Shown in pieces: positions 43,168-51,412 of a DNA stretch of 64,000 nucleotides. This DNA comes from Nitrospirota bacterium. Lineage in GTDB: Bacteria; Nitrospirota; Thermodesulfovibrionia; Thermodesulfovibrionales; SM23-35. Position 1 is the stretch's first letter; each line of letters opens with the position of its first letter. Under the pieces are notes generated by a model, which did not search any database, was not told the origin of the DNA, and worked only from the letters and a program-made list of their open reading frames with translations. Where the stretch lies: positions 6,851 through 70,850 of the forward strand of contig JACAFE010000032.1 of the NCBI GenBank assembly GCA_013388435.1. The letters run 5' to 3'. A program made the position numbers and the translations under genes.

Positions 43168-43348
43168 TGACTTAAATATTCACCTCCTTGTAAAGAGTCT
43201 AATAATTATATATATCAAAAACATTATAACCAACGAAACTATGAAGATATTATAATCCATAAAATGAGCTTCTCAATTCTTAATTCATAAATTTGATATC
43301 ATTAATTTTTCAGAGTCAATTACCTGATTATCTTTAAAAATTATATTG

Positions 43349-43756
43349 TTATTTAATAACTCGGGATACTATTTTTACAACAAATATTGCGGCTTTAATA
43401 GCTTCCTGGGCGTCCTTAAAGTCATACTCATCTGTGGGAATAAAATCCTCATCTCCATAAAAAGCGAGTTCTCTTTCTTTGCGAAGTTTTTTAGAGATTT
43501 TTATAATCTTATCGAGTTCTTTTAAAACAAATATAGGTAATAAAGATTTGTTTTCTTTTAATATAGGGCTCACGTCATGCCATTTTGGTGGTTCAATTCC
43601 AACATATCTAAGTAATCCTTTCAGAGCAAGTTCAACAATTTCTTGAGATTCTCTTACAACATCAGAATAAGCTTCTTCTTGAAGAAGCACATCAAGTATT
43701 TTTAATCTTTTTGTTGCTTTAATTAGATAACTCTTTGCAAGGCTATTTGTTGTCAT
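43349..43756 (-). CDS. HEPN-domain protein (toxin partner)
   Basis: SQEIVELALKGLL, PPKWHDV, RELAFY (R-x4-Y). Confidence 0.85.
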   Translation of the reverse strand: MTTNSLAKSYLIKATKRLKILDVLLQEEAYSDVVRESQEIVELALKGLLRYVGIEPPKWHDVSPILKENKSLLPIFVLKELDKIIKISKKLRKERELAFYGDEDFIPTDEYDFKDAQEAIKAAIFVVKIVSRVIK

Positions 43757-44217
43757 ATTTCTATTATTTCACCTAACTTTAAATCAGGCTTTAAAATCCA
43801 ATACCATTTTGTTCCTTTTAAAACTTTTTTTGATCCAAGTTCTTTAAACCTTATTTTTAAATTTTCGATTATTCTCTGAAAAAAATCGTTTTTATCATAA
43901 ACAATAATTGAATCGGTAACCATGTCGAAAAGAATAGGACTTCCGTAAGAGATTTCTTCGGGCGTTTTAATAATAGGTGATATATAATGCGGAATATTTT
44001 TAATTTTTACTTCTACATTATCTATAAACTCTTCGATCCTTTTCATCTTTCTTTTAGGAAGTCTGTCAACTATTAAAAGCAAATCAATATCTGATTCTGG
44101 TGTATATGTACCTCTTGAAAAAGACCCAAAAATTATCAAACTAACAAGTCTTTCTTTGTAATAGTTAAGGACAGATTTTTTTATTTCTTTAATATATTTG
44201 TTTGAATCTCTTTTCAT
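43753..44217 (-). CDS. Minimal nucleotidyltransferase (MNT antitoxin)
   Basis: FGSFSRGTYTPESDIDLL (GS-x10-DxD); 4-nt overlap with the HEPN gene. Confidence 0.88.
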   Translation of the reverse strand: MKRDSNKYIKEIKKSVLNYYKERLVSLIIFGSFSRGTYTPESDIDLLLIVDRLPKRKMKRIEEFIDNVEVKIKNIPHYISPIIKTPEEISYGSPILFDMVTDSIIVYDKNDFFQRIIENLKIRFKELGSKKVLKGTKWYWILKPDLKLGEIIEI

Positions 44218-44296
44218 AGAAAAACTATACCAAAATGTCCTTGGAACTTCAAATTATTATTTAGGGTATGGAAATTAGAAATAAACCTGTTGGTAT

Positions 44297-45355
44297 TTAT
44301 TCTTTCCCCATAGAAGTTGAAAGTTTTCTAAGCTGTTCTTTAGTAAGTGGTGAGCCATAGCCAGCGTAATGCAACCCTGTATTTGAAATTTTTTCAAAAG
44401 GTTCCCATTTGCCATTTATATAATTAAACGGAACAAAATTGTATTGAACTCCTTCAGCTACAGGGATGATACCCTTTGATTGCTTTAATTCACCATTTTC
44501 AAGCCATGTAAGAATAAACGAACCACTCTGTGCTTTTTTAGCATTATCTGAGCCATGACAGTCAGCGCACTTTCTTCCTTCTTTCATGATTGAATGGCTG
44601 TTCTGAGGCGCAAACATAAGAAATGTTTTGTTATCCTTTAAAACATATGTCTGCATCGTTCCTGCTGTTACCTGTCCATTATAATTAATTAAAAATGTCC
44701 AGCCAGAAAGCTTCATATCAACACGTTTTTTATCATTTACAAGTGTTTCAAAGTGACAATTTGAGCAGCTTACAACATGTCTTACATGACATGCGTTGCA
44801 GTCGAGTCTGCCATTATGTATTTTATGAGCTGTGGTTTCAGTAATCACTTGATGACAGTTTTCACATTTTGCGTCAATTGCTCCTGTCTGTTTCATTGAA
44901 TTGTATTCCTTACCATCTCCATGAACATCGCGAGCAGTATGGCAGTCCATGCATTGCATACCTTTTGAAAAATGTACATCTTGCTGTTTATTATCTGAAT
45001 CTATTTTCATTATAGTTCTTTCCCTTTTGTGGCAATTCAAACAGACATCCTGATTCCTCGCTGCTTTTACAGTATATACTGCCTTGTTTCCATCAATAGT
45101 CTTATGGCAAACATCACATGATCCAATATGACAATTTACACAATCCAGTTTTCCGCTTAAATACGGCAATCCAGTATGAGTCTCGAGTCCGCCGTTTTCT
45201 TTATCATACCAGTATGCCATACCTCTTGTTGTATAATGAAGGCTGGAATTAAAAAAAGAACTTTGGTTTTTTGTTTCAGCTGCTATTGAAATTCCTGAGA
45301 TAAAAAATATAAAAAAGCCTATTAAAAATATTTGCTTTATTATTTTATCGGACAT
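44297..45355 (-). CDS. Periplasmic octaheme cytochrome c
   Basis: Signal peptide; eight CxxCH: CVNCH, CDVCH, CLNCH, CMDCH, CENCH, CNACH, CSNCH, CADCH; SD aaggagg before ATG 45355. Confidence 0.9.
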   Translation of the reverse strand: MSDKIIKQIFLIGFFIFFISGISIAAETKNQSSFFNSSLHYTTRGMAYWYDKENGGLETHTGLPYLSGKLDCVNCHIGSCDVCHKTIDGNKAVYTVKAARNQDVCLNCHKRERTIMKIDSDNKQQDVHFSKGMQCMDCHTARDVHGDGKEYNSMKQTGAIDAKCENCHQVITETTAHKIHNGRLDCNACHVRHVVSCSNCHFETLVNDKKRVDMKLSGWTFLINYNGQVTAGTMQTYVLKDNKTFLMFAPQNSHSIMKEGRKCADCHGSDNAKKAQSGSFILTWLENGELKQSKGIIPVAEGVQYNFVPFNYINGKWEPFEKISNTGLHYAGYGSPLTKEQLRKLSTSMGKE

Positions 45356-45445
45356 AAATGCCTCCTTTTCAGGAAATATCATAATCAAATAAATAGATTC
45401 AGATAATTATAAGTTTATTTTAGAAAATTCAACTAATAAAATAAC

Positions 45446-45613
45446 TTATACTCTATCGCACGGTCTGCAGGCTATTTTTTCAAGATTTTGCTCGTCGATT
45501 TCATTGATATATTCTTTCAAAGAAAATTTCTTGCCACATTCCATGCAGTTGCAGGTAACCATCCTGCAAGAAATAATTACTTTTACATTACCACCACATA
45601 TTTTACATTGCAT
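45446..45613 (-). CDS. 55-aa dual-CxxC small protein (Cys form of the 'dual CXXC motif small (seleno)protein' type)
   Basis: Not in ORF track: MQCKICGGNVKVIISCRMVTCNCMECGKKFSLKEYINEIDEQNLEKIACRPCDRV. Confidence 0.75.
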   Translation of the reverse strand: MQCKICGGNVKVIISCRMVTCNCMECGKKFSLKEYINEIDEQNLEKIACRPCDRV

Positions 45614-45840
45614 AACGCAATAGTATAACTCTATTTTATTTTCAAATCCAGAAAAAAATTAATTCGAAAAGTGAAATTGAAATAATACAGATTTTGCGAA
45701 AAAATTTATTTTAAAGATATCAAACAGTTAGTATCTGTATTCAATAAAGAGCATTTATGGGTTATTGGTAGAAATTATTTACTGAAATTATTGAGACTAA
45801 ATATGTATATGATATTTTCTTCTTAGAAATTAGGTTTAAG

Positions 45841-46914
45841 TTACATTTTTACATTACATTTCAAATCAATTAAAGATAAAATCTTTTTATCAATCTCTTC
45901 AGGACTAACTACCATTCCGCCTGTCCTTCCATAGAATAATACTTCGGATCTGCCATTTATTGCTAATTTAACATCTTCAAGCATCTGACCTGCATTCATT
46001 TCAACAACAAGGAATCTTTTGTTTTCATCGGAAATTAAAAAAAGTTCATTTTCAGGGAAAGGGAATAAAGTAACAGGTCTGAATAGCCCGACTTTAATAC
46101 CCTTCCGTCTAAGTTTGATCACAGAAGAAAGAGCTATTCTCGCTGCTATACCGAACGCAACTACAATTAATTCCGCATCATCTATAAAATGACCTTCTGA
46201 AATTACCTCTTTATTTTTAATATTTTTATATTTCTTTTGTAATTTATTATTCATCATTTCAAGTTCACCGTCTCCCATATATAATGTTTTAATAACATGT
46301 GGGAGACGTCCCTCGCACCCATCAATTATCCAGTCTTTGTCAGGGAGTTCAGGTTTTTTGTAATCTGTCGGATAAAAAGGCTCCATCATCTGGCCAATTA
46401 TTGCATCTCCGAGTATCATTACCGGTGTCCTGTACTCATCGGCTTTATCAAAAGCGAGGATTGTAAGATCCCACAATTCTTGCACGCTGTATGGTGCATA
46501 CACAATTATTTTATAATCACCATGACCTCCGCCTTTTACCGCCTGAAAATAATCAGCCTGGCTTGCTGAAATATTTCCAAGACCCGGTCCGCCTCTCTGC
46601 ATGTTTACAATTACACAAGGAAGTTCAGCTCCTGCAAGAAATGATATTGCTTCCTGTTTGAGGCTGATGCCCGGACTGCTCGATGAAGTCATAGCTCTAA
46701 TGCCAGCCGCAGACGCGCCATAAACCATATTAATAGCAGCGAGTTCGCTCTCTGCCTGTATAAAAACCCCACCAACTTCAAGCATTCTCCATGATAGATA
46801 TTCGGGTATTTCATTCTGTGGAGTTATAGGATAACCGGCATAAAATCTACATCCTGCGCGCACAGCAGCTTCAGCGATAGCTTCATTTCCTTTCATTAAT
46901 ATTCTTGTTTTCAT
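45841..46914 (-). CDS. vorB: 2-oxoacid:ferredoxin oxidoreductase alpha subunit (VorB-like)
   Basis: MKGNEAIAEAA, AGYPITPQ, QAESE, TSSSSPGISLKQE, RGGPGLG, VEMNAGQM. Confidence 0.88.
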   Translation of the reverse strand: MKTRILMKGNEAIAEAAVRAGCRFYAGYPITPQNEIPEYLSWRMLEVGGVFIQAESELAAINMVYGASAAGIRAMTSSSSPGISLKQEAISFLAGAELPCVIVNMQRGGPGLGNISASQADYFQAVKGGGHGDYKIIVYAPYSVQELWDLTILAFDKADEYRTPVMILGDAIIGQMMEPFYPTDYKKPELPDKDWIIDGCEGRLPHVIKTLYMGDGELEMMNNKLQKKYKNIKNKEVISEGHFIDDAELIVVAFGIAARIALSSVIKLRRKGIKVGLFRPVTLFPFPENELFLISDENKRFLVVEMNAGQMLEDVKLAINGRSEVLFYGRTGGMVVSPEEIDKKILSLIDLKCNVKM

Positions 46915-47017
46915 TATCAAAATTATACCATATTTATACTCACCAGAATAAATAACTGTTTTATCTTCAACTATAACAAAATCTCAGAATTTAGATTATA
47001 ATAAATAAAAAACTCTT

Positions 47018-47917
47018 ATGTCTGGTCAAATAGAAAAATATTCTATAATACTTCAGTGTGAAGGCATGGGGGATTGTCTTTATGCGATACCAGTTATAAA
47101 AAAACTTCATTCAATTGTTGGAGCAAATGTACAATTGTCTATTTTTACTCATCATCCTGAATTATTTAGAAAATGTCCTTATGTAAACAAAGTCCATCAT
47201 ATTACCGAAAAATCCGAATACTCTAAATATGCAAAACATATTATATTATTTGATACTACAAAATTACCTCACTTTCTGGTAGATACATATGATTTTATAA
47301 GTATTCCAGCAGGCATTGGAGAACTAAGCTTTAGAGAAAAGCAACTTGAATACTTTCCTGTTGAAGAAGATAAATCAGAGCATTTTGATGTTGTCATAAA
47401 CACATCTGAAACATGGCCTAGTAGAAGCTGGCCTATTGAAAACTGGCAGAAGCTTGCCGATTATATACTTTCATCAGGATATTCTGTAGCTGTTGTAGGG
47501 AAAGACACTTACAGCAAACACGACCAGATGTGGAAACGAAGCCTTCCCTTAAAAGGATGCACAAATTTGACTAATAAACTAAGCCTTGACCAGACATATT
47601 ACACTATAAAAAATTGTGGACTTTTTATAACGTGTCAGAATGGACTTTCTGTGCTTAGCGGAGCAACAGATACGGAAGTAATTGTTCTTGACATGTCAAT
47701 TGAATGGAGTAAAAGAGCAATTTACAGGAATGAAGATCCGCATTATAAAGTGACGTATGTAAAAGGAAACTGCCAGCTTTATTGCTGTTCAAGTTTTGAG
47801 TGCCCTGTGTATGGGGAATTCAGATGTATACCAACTGTGGAACAGGTATTAGAGGTCGTTAAAATAAAACTAAATTTTAAAGATTTAAAAATCTATCAAA
47901 AAAGCAATATTAATTGA
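47018..47917 (+). CDS. Glycosyltransferase family 9 (heptosyltransferase-like)
   Basis: GMGDCLYAIPVI, RSWPIENW, NLTNKLSL, C-terminal Cys cluster and CIPTVEQV. Confidence 0.75.
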   Translation: MSGQIEKYSIILQCEGMGDCLYAIPVIKKLHSIVGANVQLSIFTHHPELFRKCPYVNKVHHITEKSEYSKYAKHIILFDTTKLPHFLVDTYDFISIPAGIGELSFREKQLEYFPVEEDKSEHFDVVINTSETWPSRSWPIENWQKLADYILSSGYSVAVVGKDTYSKHDQMWKRSLPLKGCTNLTNKLSLDQTYYTIKNCGLFITCQNGLSVLSGATDTEVIVLDMSIEWSKRAIYRNEDPHYKVTYVKGNCQLYCCSSFECPVYGEFRCIPTVEQVLEVVKIKLNFKDLKIYQKSNIN

Positions 47918-48280
47918 CTTTCTTTAATTGGCAAAACAATAAGTTTAGAAAGTCAAATACATCCGCATTGTGAAGAAGAAAAAGCATATAAGCTAAAATT
48001 TGACTTTGCTTTTTTTGATAGCGCAACAAATATACGTCCTTTGGAATTTTATAAATTATATGAAAAAGGTGCCTTAACTGACCTTATTTCATTTCATGAT
48101 ACATCAAGACTTAGAGAAAAAACAATGATTATTCCTGATGAACCACAAGATAAATATGTGGAAGAGCTCGATAAAATTGAACAAAAATATTGCAGAGGAG
48201 GAATAGAATTTTGTTTTTCAAGAGGGTTAAGAATAATGCAATTAAGACAAGATATAAACCCTGCTAATAGAAAATTATAG
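47918..48280 (+). pseudogene. C-terminal fragment of a class I SAM methyltransferase (Methyltransf_24-like), in frame with the GT9 gene
   Basis: Frame stays open after the TGA: KFDFAFFDS..LISFHDTS..SRGLRIMQ. Confidence 0.5.
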
Positions 48281-48367
48281 TATTTCTCACCTAATGTAAT
48301 TAATAACAAATTATAATAGATCATTATTACAGGAACATTTTACATTTTTAACTGAAAACATCCAAAT

Positions 48368-48535
48368 CTACATTATTTCAATTTCACCATATACTAATTC
48401 GAATTCCCCAACAATTTGTCCGCCTTTGGTTTCGCCTCTTGAATGTTCTTGTAGTCGTCGCATTGAATTGTTGGTAATCCCAATATAATGCTTCCCGCTG
48501 GCTGTTCCTTTGATAATATAGAGCTTGACTTTCAT
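48368..48535 (-). pseudogene. Truncated GIY-YIG nuclease
   Basis: Not in track: MKVKLYIIKGTASGKHYIGITNNSMRRLQEHSRGETKGGQIVGEFELVYGEIEIM*; lacks the A-x-x-x-E-x-x-LK helix. Confidence 0.72.
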
Positions 48536-48546
48536 TAAAATTTAAT

Positions 48547-48622
48547 TGGCGGTCCCAACGGGATTCGAACCCGTGTTTTAGCCTTGAGAGGGCCACGTCC
48601 TAGGCCTCTAGACGATGGGACC
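48547..48622 (-). tRNA. tRNA-Glu (CTC)
   Basis: ggtccca acceptor stem; tggcc-ctCTCaa-ggcta; ggttcgaatcc; CCA end. Confidence 0.96.
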
Positions 48623-48727
48623 GTAAAAGACAGTCAATAGTGACTTGTCATTAGTGAATAGTAAAAAAACTAATCACGCTTTAGGAATTAAAAACTGTTC
48701 ACTATTTACTTTTTACTGATAATTGTT

Positions 48728-48801
48728 TGGCTGGGGAGAGAGGATTCGAACCCCTGTAAGCAGATCCAGAGTCTGCCGTCCTGCCGCTGGACGACTCCCC
48801 A
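48728..48801 (-). tRNA. tRNA-Gln (CTG)
   Basis: tggggagtcgtccagcggcagg; gcaga-ctCTGga-tctgc; ggttcgaatcc; CCA end. Confidence 0.96.
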
Positions 48802-48848
48802 GTAATTTTAGAAATAATATTATACCATATCATTGTTAAAAGTGGCTT

Positions 48849-49481
48849 TTATTGTTCTATTATGACTTTATCAGTAAGTTCATTAATATCGTCGGGCTTA
48901 ATTGGGAAATAAAGAGCAAGTAATTCTCCTGCTTCGAAGATAGCTTCGCAAAGAGCATCGCATGCGCGTTTTTCTTTTATGCCTTTTGTAACTTTTTGCG
49001 CAAAGTTGTCTAATTTCCCCTGTTGAATTTTTTCGTATATTCCTTTGTCAGCAAGAACCCATACTTTATGTTCAAATAAAGATATGAAGAAAAGCACCCC
49101 GGTATTTTGTCTCGTTTTATAAAGTCCTTTTTCATAGAAAGCTCTGACAGCTCTCTGCAATACCGCTTTTTCCTGTCTATTCTTACTAATAAATGCCTTT
49201 TTCAATTCCGGAATTTTGTGGAATAATAACCGTGCTGGAAAGTATATGGTAAAACTTAACGGTATGTACCACCAGAGTGAGGAATGAAAAAAATAAAAAG
49301 TTATCACAAAAGAAAGAAAACTGCCCAATGTTATACCACCTAAAACCTCTGCTTCAGGATATTTGTCACTGCTGTCAACTACCATTACCGCAACTTCGCC
49401 GATGGTTTTTTTCTCTACTGATTTTATCGCATCGCTAATTCGATTCTTCTCATATTCTGAAAAAAATTTTTCTGCAATCAT
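48849..49481 (-). CDS. TPM-domain membrane protein
   Basis: EKKTIGEVAV, TGVLFFISLFEHKVWVLADKGI, DDINEL; start moved to MIAEKFF. Confidence 0.88.
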   Translation of the reverse strand: MIAEKFFSEYEKNRISDAIKSVEKKTIGEVAVMVVDSSDKYPEAEVLGGITLGSFLSFVITFYFFHSSLWWYIPLSFTIYFPARLLFHKIPELKKAFISKNRQEKAVLQRAVRAFYEKGLYKTRQNTGVLFFISLFEHKVWVLADKGIYEKIQQGKLDNFAQKVTKGIKEKRACDALCEAIFEAGELLALYFPIKPDDINELTDKVIIEQ

Positions 49482-50371
49482 TACCAATCTCCTGATGCTC
49501 CTCCACCTCCAAAACTCCCACCCCCGCCAGAGAATCCTCCGCCAAAGTCTATTCCTGAGGAACCGCCACCCCAATAGAAACCTCCACCATGGAAAAATCC
49601 TCTGCTTCCATGATGCCTTGTTGATGAGAAAATTGATGGGAGAATAAAACCAGCCAATGCACCAAAAATAGCAAAAATTATTATTGTAAATATTCCAAAA
49701 GAGGTAAAAGTCAAAAATGCAAACAAAGGCAAACCAACAGCACCTGCAAGAATACTTAATATCCTTGAAATACTTCCTGTAACTATCAATATAATTGTTC
49801 CAAAAATAATCATTGTTAAAAGTTTCGAAGCTCTTTCATCTCTTTTTTCATATTGAATCTTATCTGCTGTGAATTCACCCCTTGTAGCATCTATTAAGGC
49901 ATGAACTCCTGCAATAAACCCGCCGTCAAAATCGCCTCTTTTGAATTTTGGTTTTATTACAAGATCTATTATTCTACCTGATAGAAGGTCTGTTAATTTA
50001 CCTTCAAGTCCTCTCCCAGCCTCTATTCTTATTTTCCTCTCTTGTTTTGCAACGAGAAAAATCACGCCGTTATCTTTTTCCTTCTGTCCTATTTTCCATG
50101 CATCAGCAACTTTAATACTAAAATCCTCAAGATTTTCTCCTTCAAGTGAAGGGATTGTAAGAATAACAATTTGTGTGGAGTCAGATTGCTCAAATGCCCT
50201 CAGTTCTGCTTCTATTTGTGACTTGGCCTGTGGAGATAACATCCCTGCATAATCATTTACATACCCCTGTAGTACAGGCACATCCAGGGCATGAGCAGGA
50301 ACAATAATAAAAATCAGGCAGAAAGCAAAAAAAATACTCGCTATTATACTTTTGTTGTTATTTAAAAACAT
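49481..50371 (-). CDS. TPM-domain (YgcG-like) protein with Gly-rich tail
   Basis: YVNDYAGML, WKIGQKEKDNG, RIEAGRGLEG, GGGGSFGGGGASGDW. Confidence 0.92.
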   Translation of the reverse strand: MFLNNNKSIIASIFFAFCLIFIIVPAHALDVPVLQGYVNDYAGMLSPQAKSQIEAELRAFEQSDSTQIVILTIPSLEGENLEDFSIKVADAWKIGQKEKDNGVIFLVAKQERKIRIEAGRGLEGKLTDLLSGRIIDLVIKPKFKRGDFDGGFIAGVHALIDATRGEFTADKIQYEKRDERASKLLTMIIFGTIILIVTGSISRILSILAGAVGLPLFAFLTFTSFGIFTIIIFAIFGALAGFILPSIFSSTRHHGSRGFFHGGGFYWGGGSSGIDFGGGFSGGGGSFGGGGASGDW

Positions 50372-50430
50372 TATTTCTTTTGTCCCTTAATAATTAATTC
50401 CACGCCTGTATTTGTATTTTTTATCTTTTT

Positions 50431-51012
50431 TCAGAATTTTACCTGCGGAGCTTTTTCCGCTCCAGCTTCAGCTTTGAATGGCTCTTTCATTTTTAATTTG
50501 AGCAACAATGAGTTAGTAATATTATTTGGAAAGATTCTGATTGAAGTATTAAAAGTCTCAACAGCTTTATTATATCTTACACGTGCTACATTTATCCTGT
50601 TTTCCGTACCTTCTAACTGGTGCTGAAGATCTAAAAAATTCTGATTCGCTTTGAGTTCAGGGTATCTTTCAACAACCAGCATTAATCTTGAAAGCGCGCT
50701 ACTCATTGCTCCCTGTGCTTCCTGAAATTGCGCAAAGCTCTGAGGGTCTTCGATAATGTTTTTTGACATCTGAATCGAACCAACCTTTGCCCTTGCTTCT
50801 GTAACTGCAAGTAAAGTTTCTTTTTCGTGCTTTGCATATGCTTTAACAACCTCTACAAGATTGGGTATTAAATCATTTCTTCTCTGATATGCTGCTTCAA
50901 CATCAGCCCATGCAGCTTTTACCGCCTCTTCATTTGCCTGAATTGTGTTATAACCACAGCCTGATACAATTAAAAGCAAAAACATTAAAATACAAAAATA
51001 TGTCTTTCTCAT
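50431..51012 (-). CDS. lemA: LemA-family protein
   Basis: [37 protein letters not shown]. Confidence 0.95.
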   Translation of the reverse strand: MRKTYFCILMFLLLIVSGCGYNTIQANEEAVKAAWADVEAAYQRRNDLIPNLVEVVKAYAKHEKETLLAVTEARAKVGSIQMSKNIIEDPQSFAQFQEAQGAMSSALSRLMLVVERYPELKANQNFLDLQHQLEGTENRINVARVRYNKAVETFNTSIRIFPNNITNSLLLKLKMKEPFKAEAGAEKAPQVKF

Positions 51013-51050
51013 TTCTCCTCCAAATTCATTTATTATTTTCATAAATTAAA

Positions 51051-51218
51051 CTATTTGCCTTTATATCCTGGGCAACCTTCAAAACCTCTGCACCCTGCTT
51101 TCCTTAATTTACATGATGCATTCATGCAAATGTTCTCAACCTTATCTGCAGATTCGAGAGCCTTTTTCTTATTCACTCTGGAATTTAATGGTACAACATT
51201 ACGGGGTATCTTTTTCAT
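51051..51218 (-). CDS. Small basic Cys-rich hypothetical protein
   Basis: CMNASC-x5-C-x5-CPGYKGK; start uncertain (51218 or up to 51263). Confidence 0.5.
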   Translation of the reverse strand: MKKIPRNVVPLNSRVNKKKALESADKVENICMNASCKLRKAGCRGFEGCPGYKGK

Positions 51219-51412
51219 ATCCTGTAATAATTTTATCATTAGCAGTGCTTTGAGATAAAGCATATTATCTTTTATTCAATTTTGGGGTTGGTTTAAATTA
51301 ACCCGACCCTGCTACTTACAACACCCCATGCATCAAATTGTGACGGGACAATGAGGGTCCTTTATTGACTTTGAATACTTAAAAACATTATTATTTAAAA
51401 AAAGAGGTAATA

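Noticed and set aside
47915..47917. Selenocysteine readthrough of the GT9 TGA
   Set aside because: No SECIS-like hairpin follows and there is no redox context
48384..48596. 70-aa ORF MALSRLKHGFESRWDRQ
   Set aside because: Reads through tRNA-Glu; the real coding remnant is the GIY-YIG fragment in another frame
51355..51375. CtsR box upstream of clpC
   Set aside because: Only one reasonable half-site, better explained as a -35 element; no ctsR gene in the window
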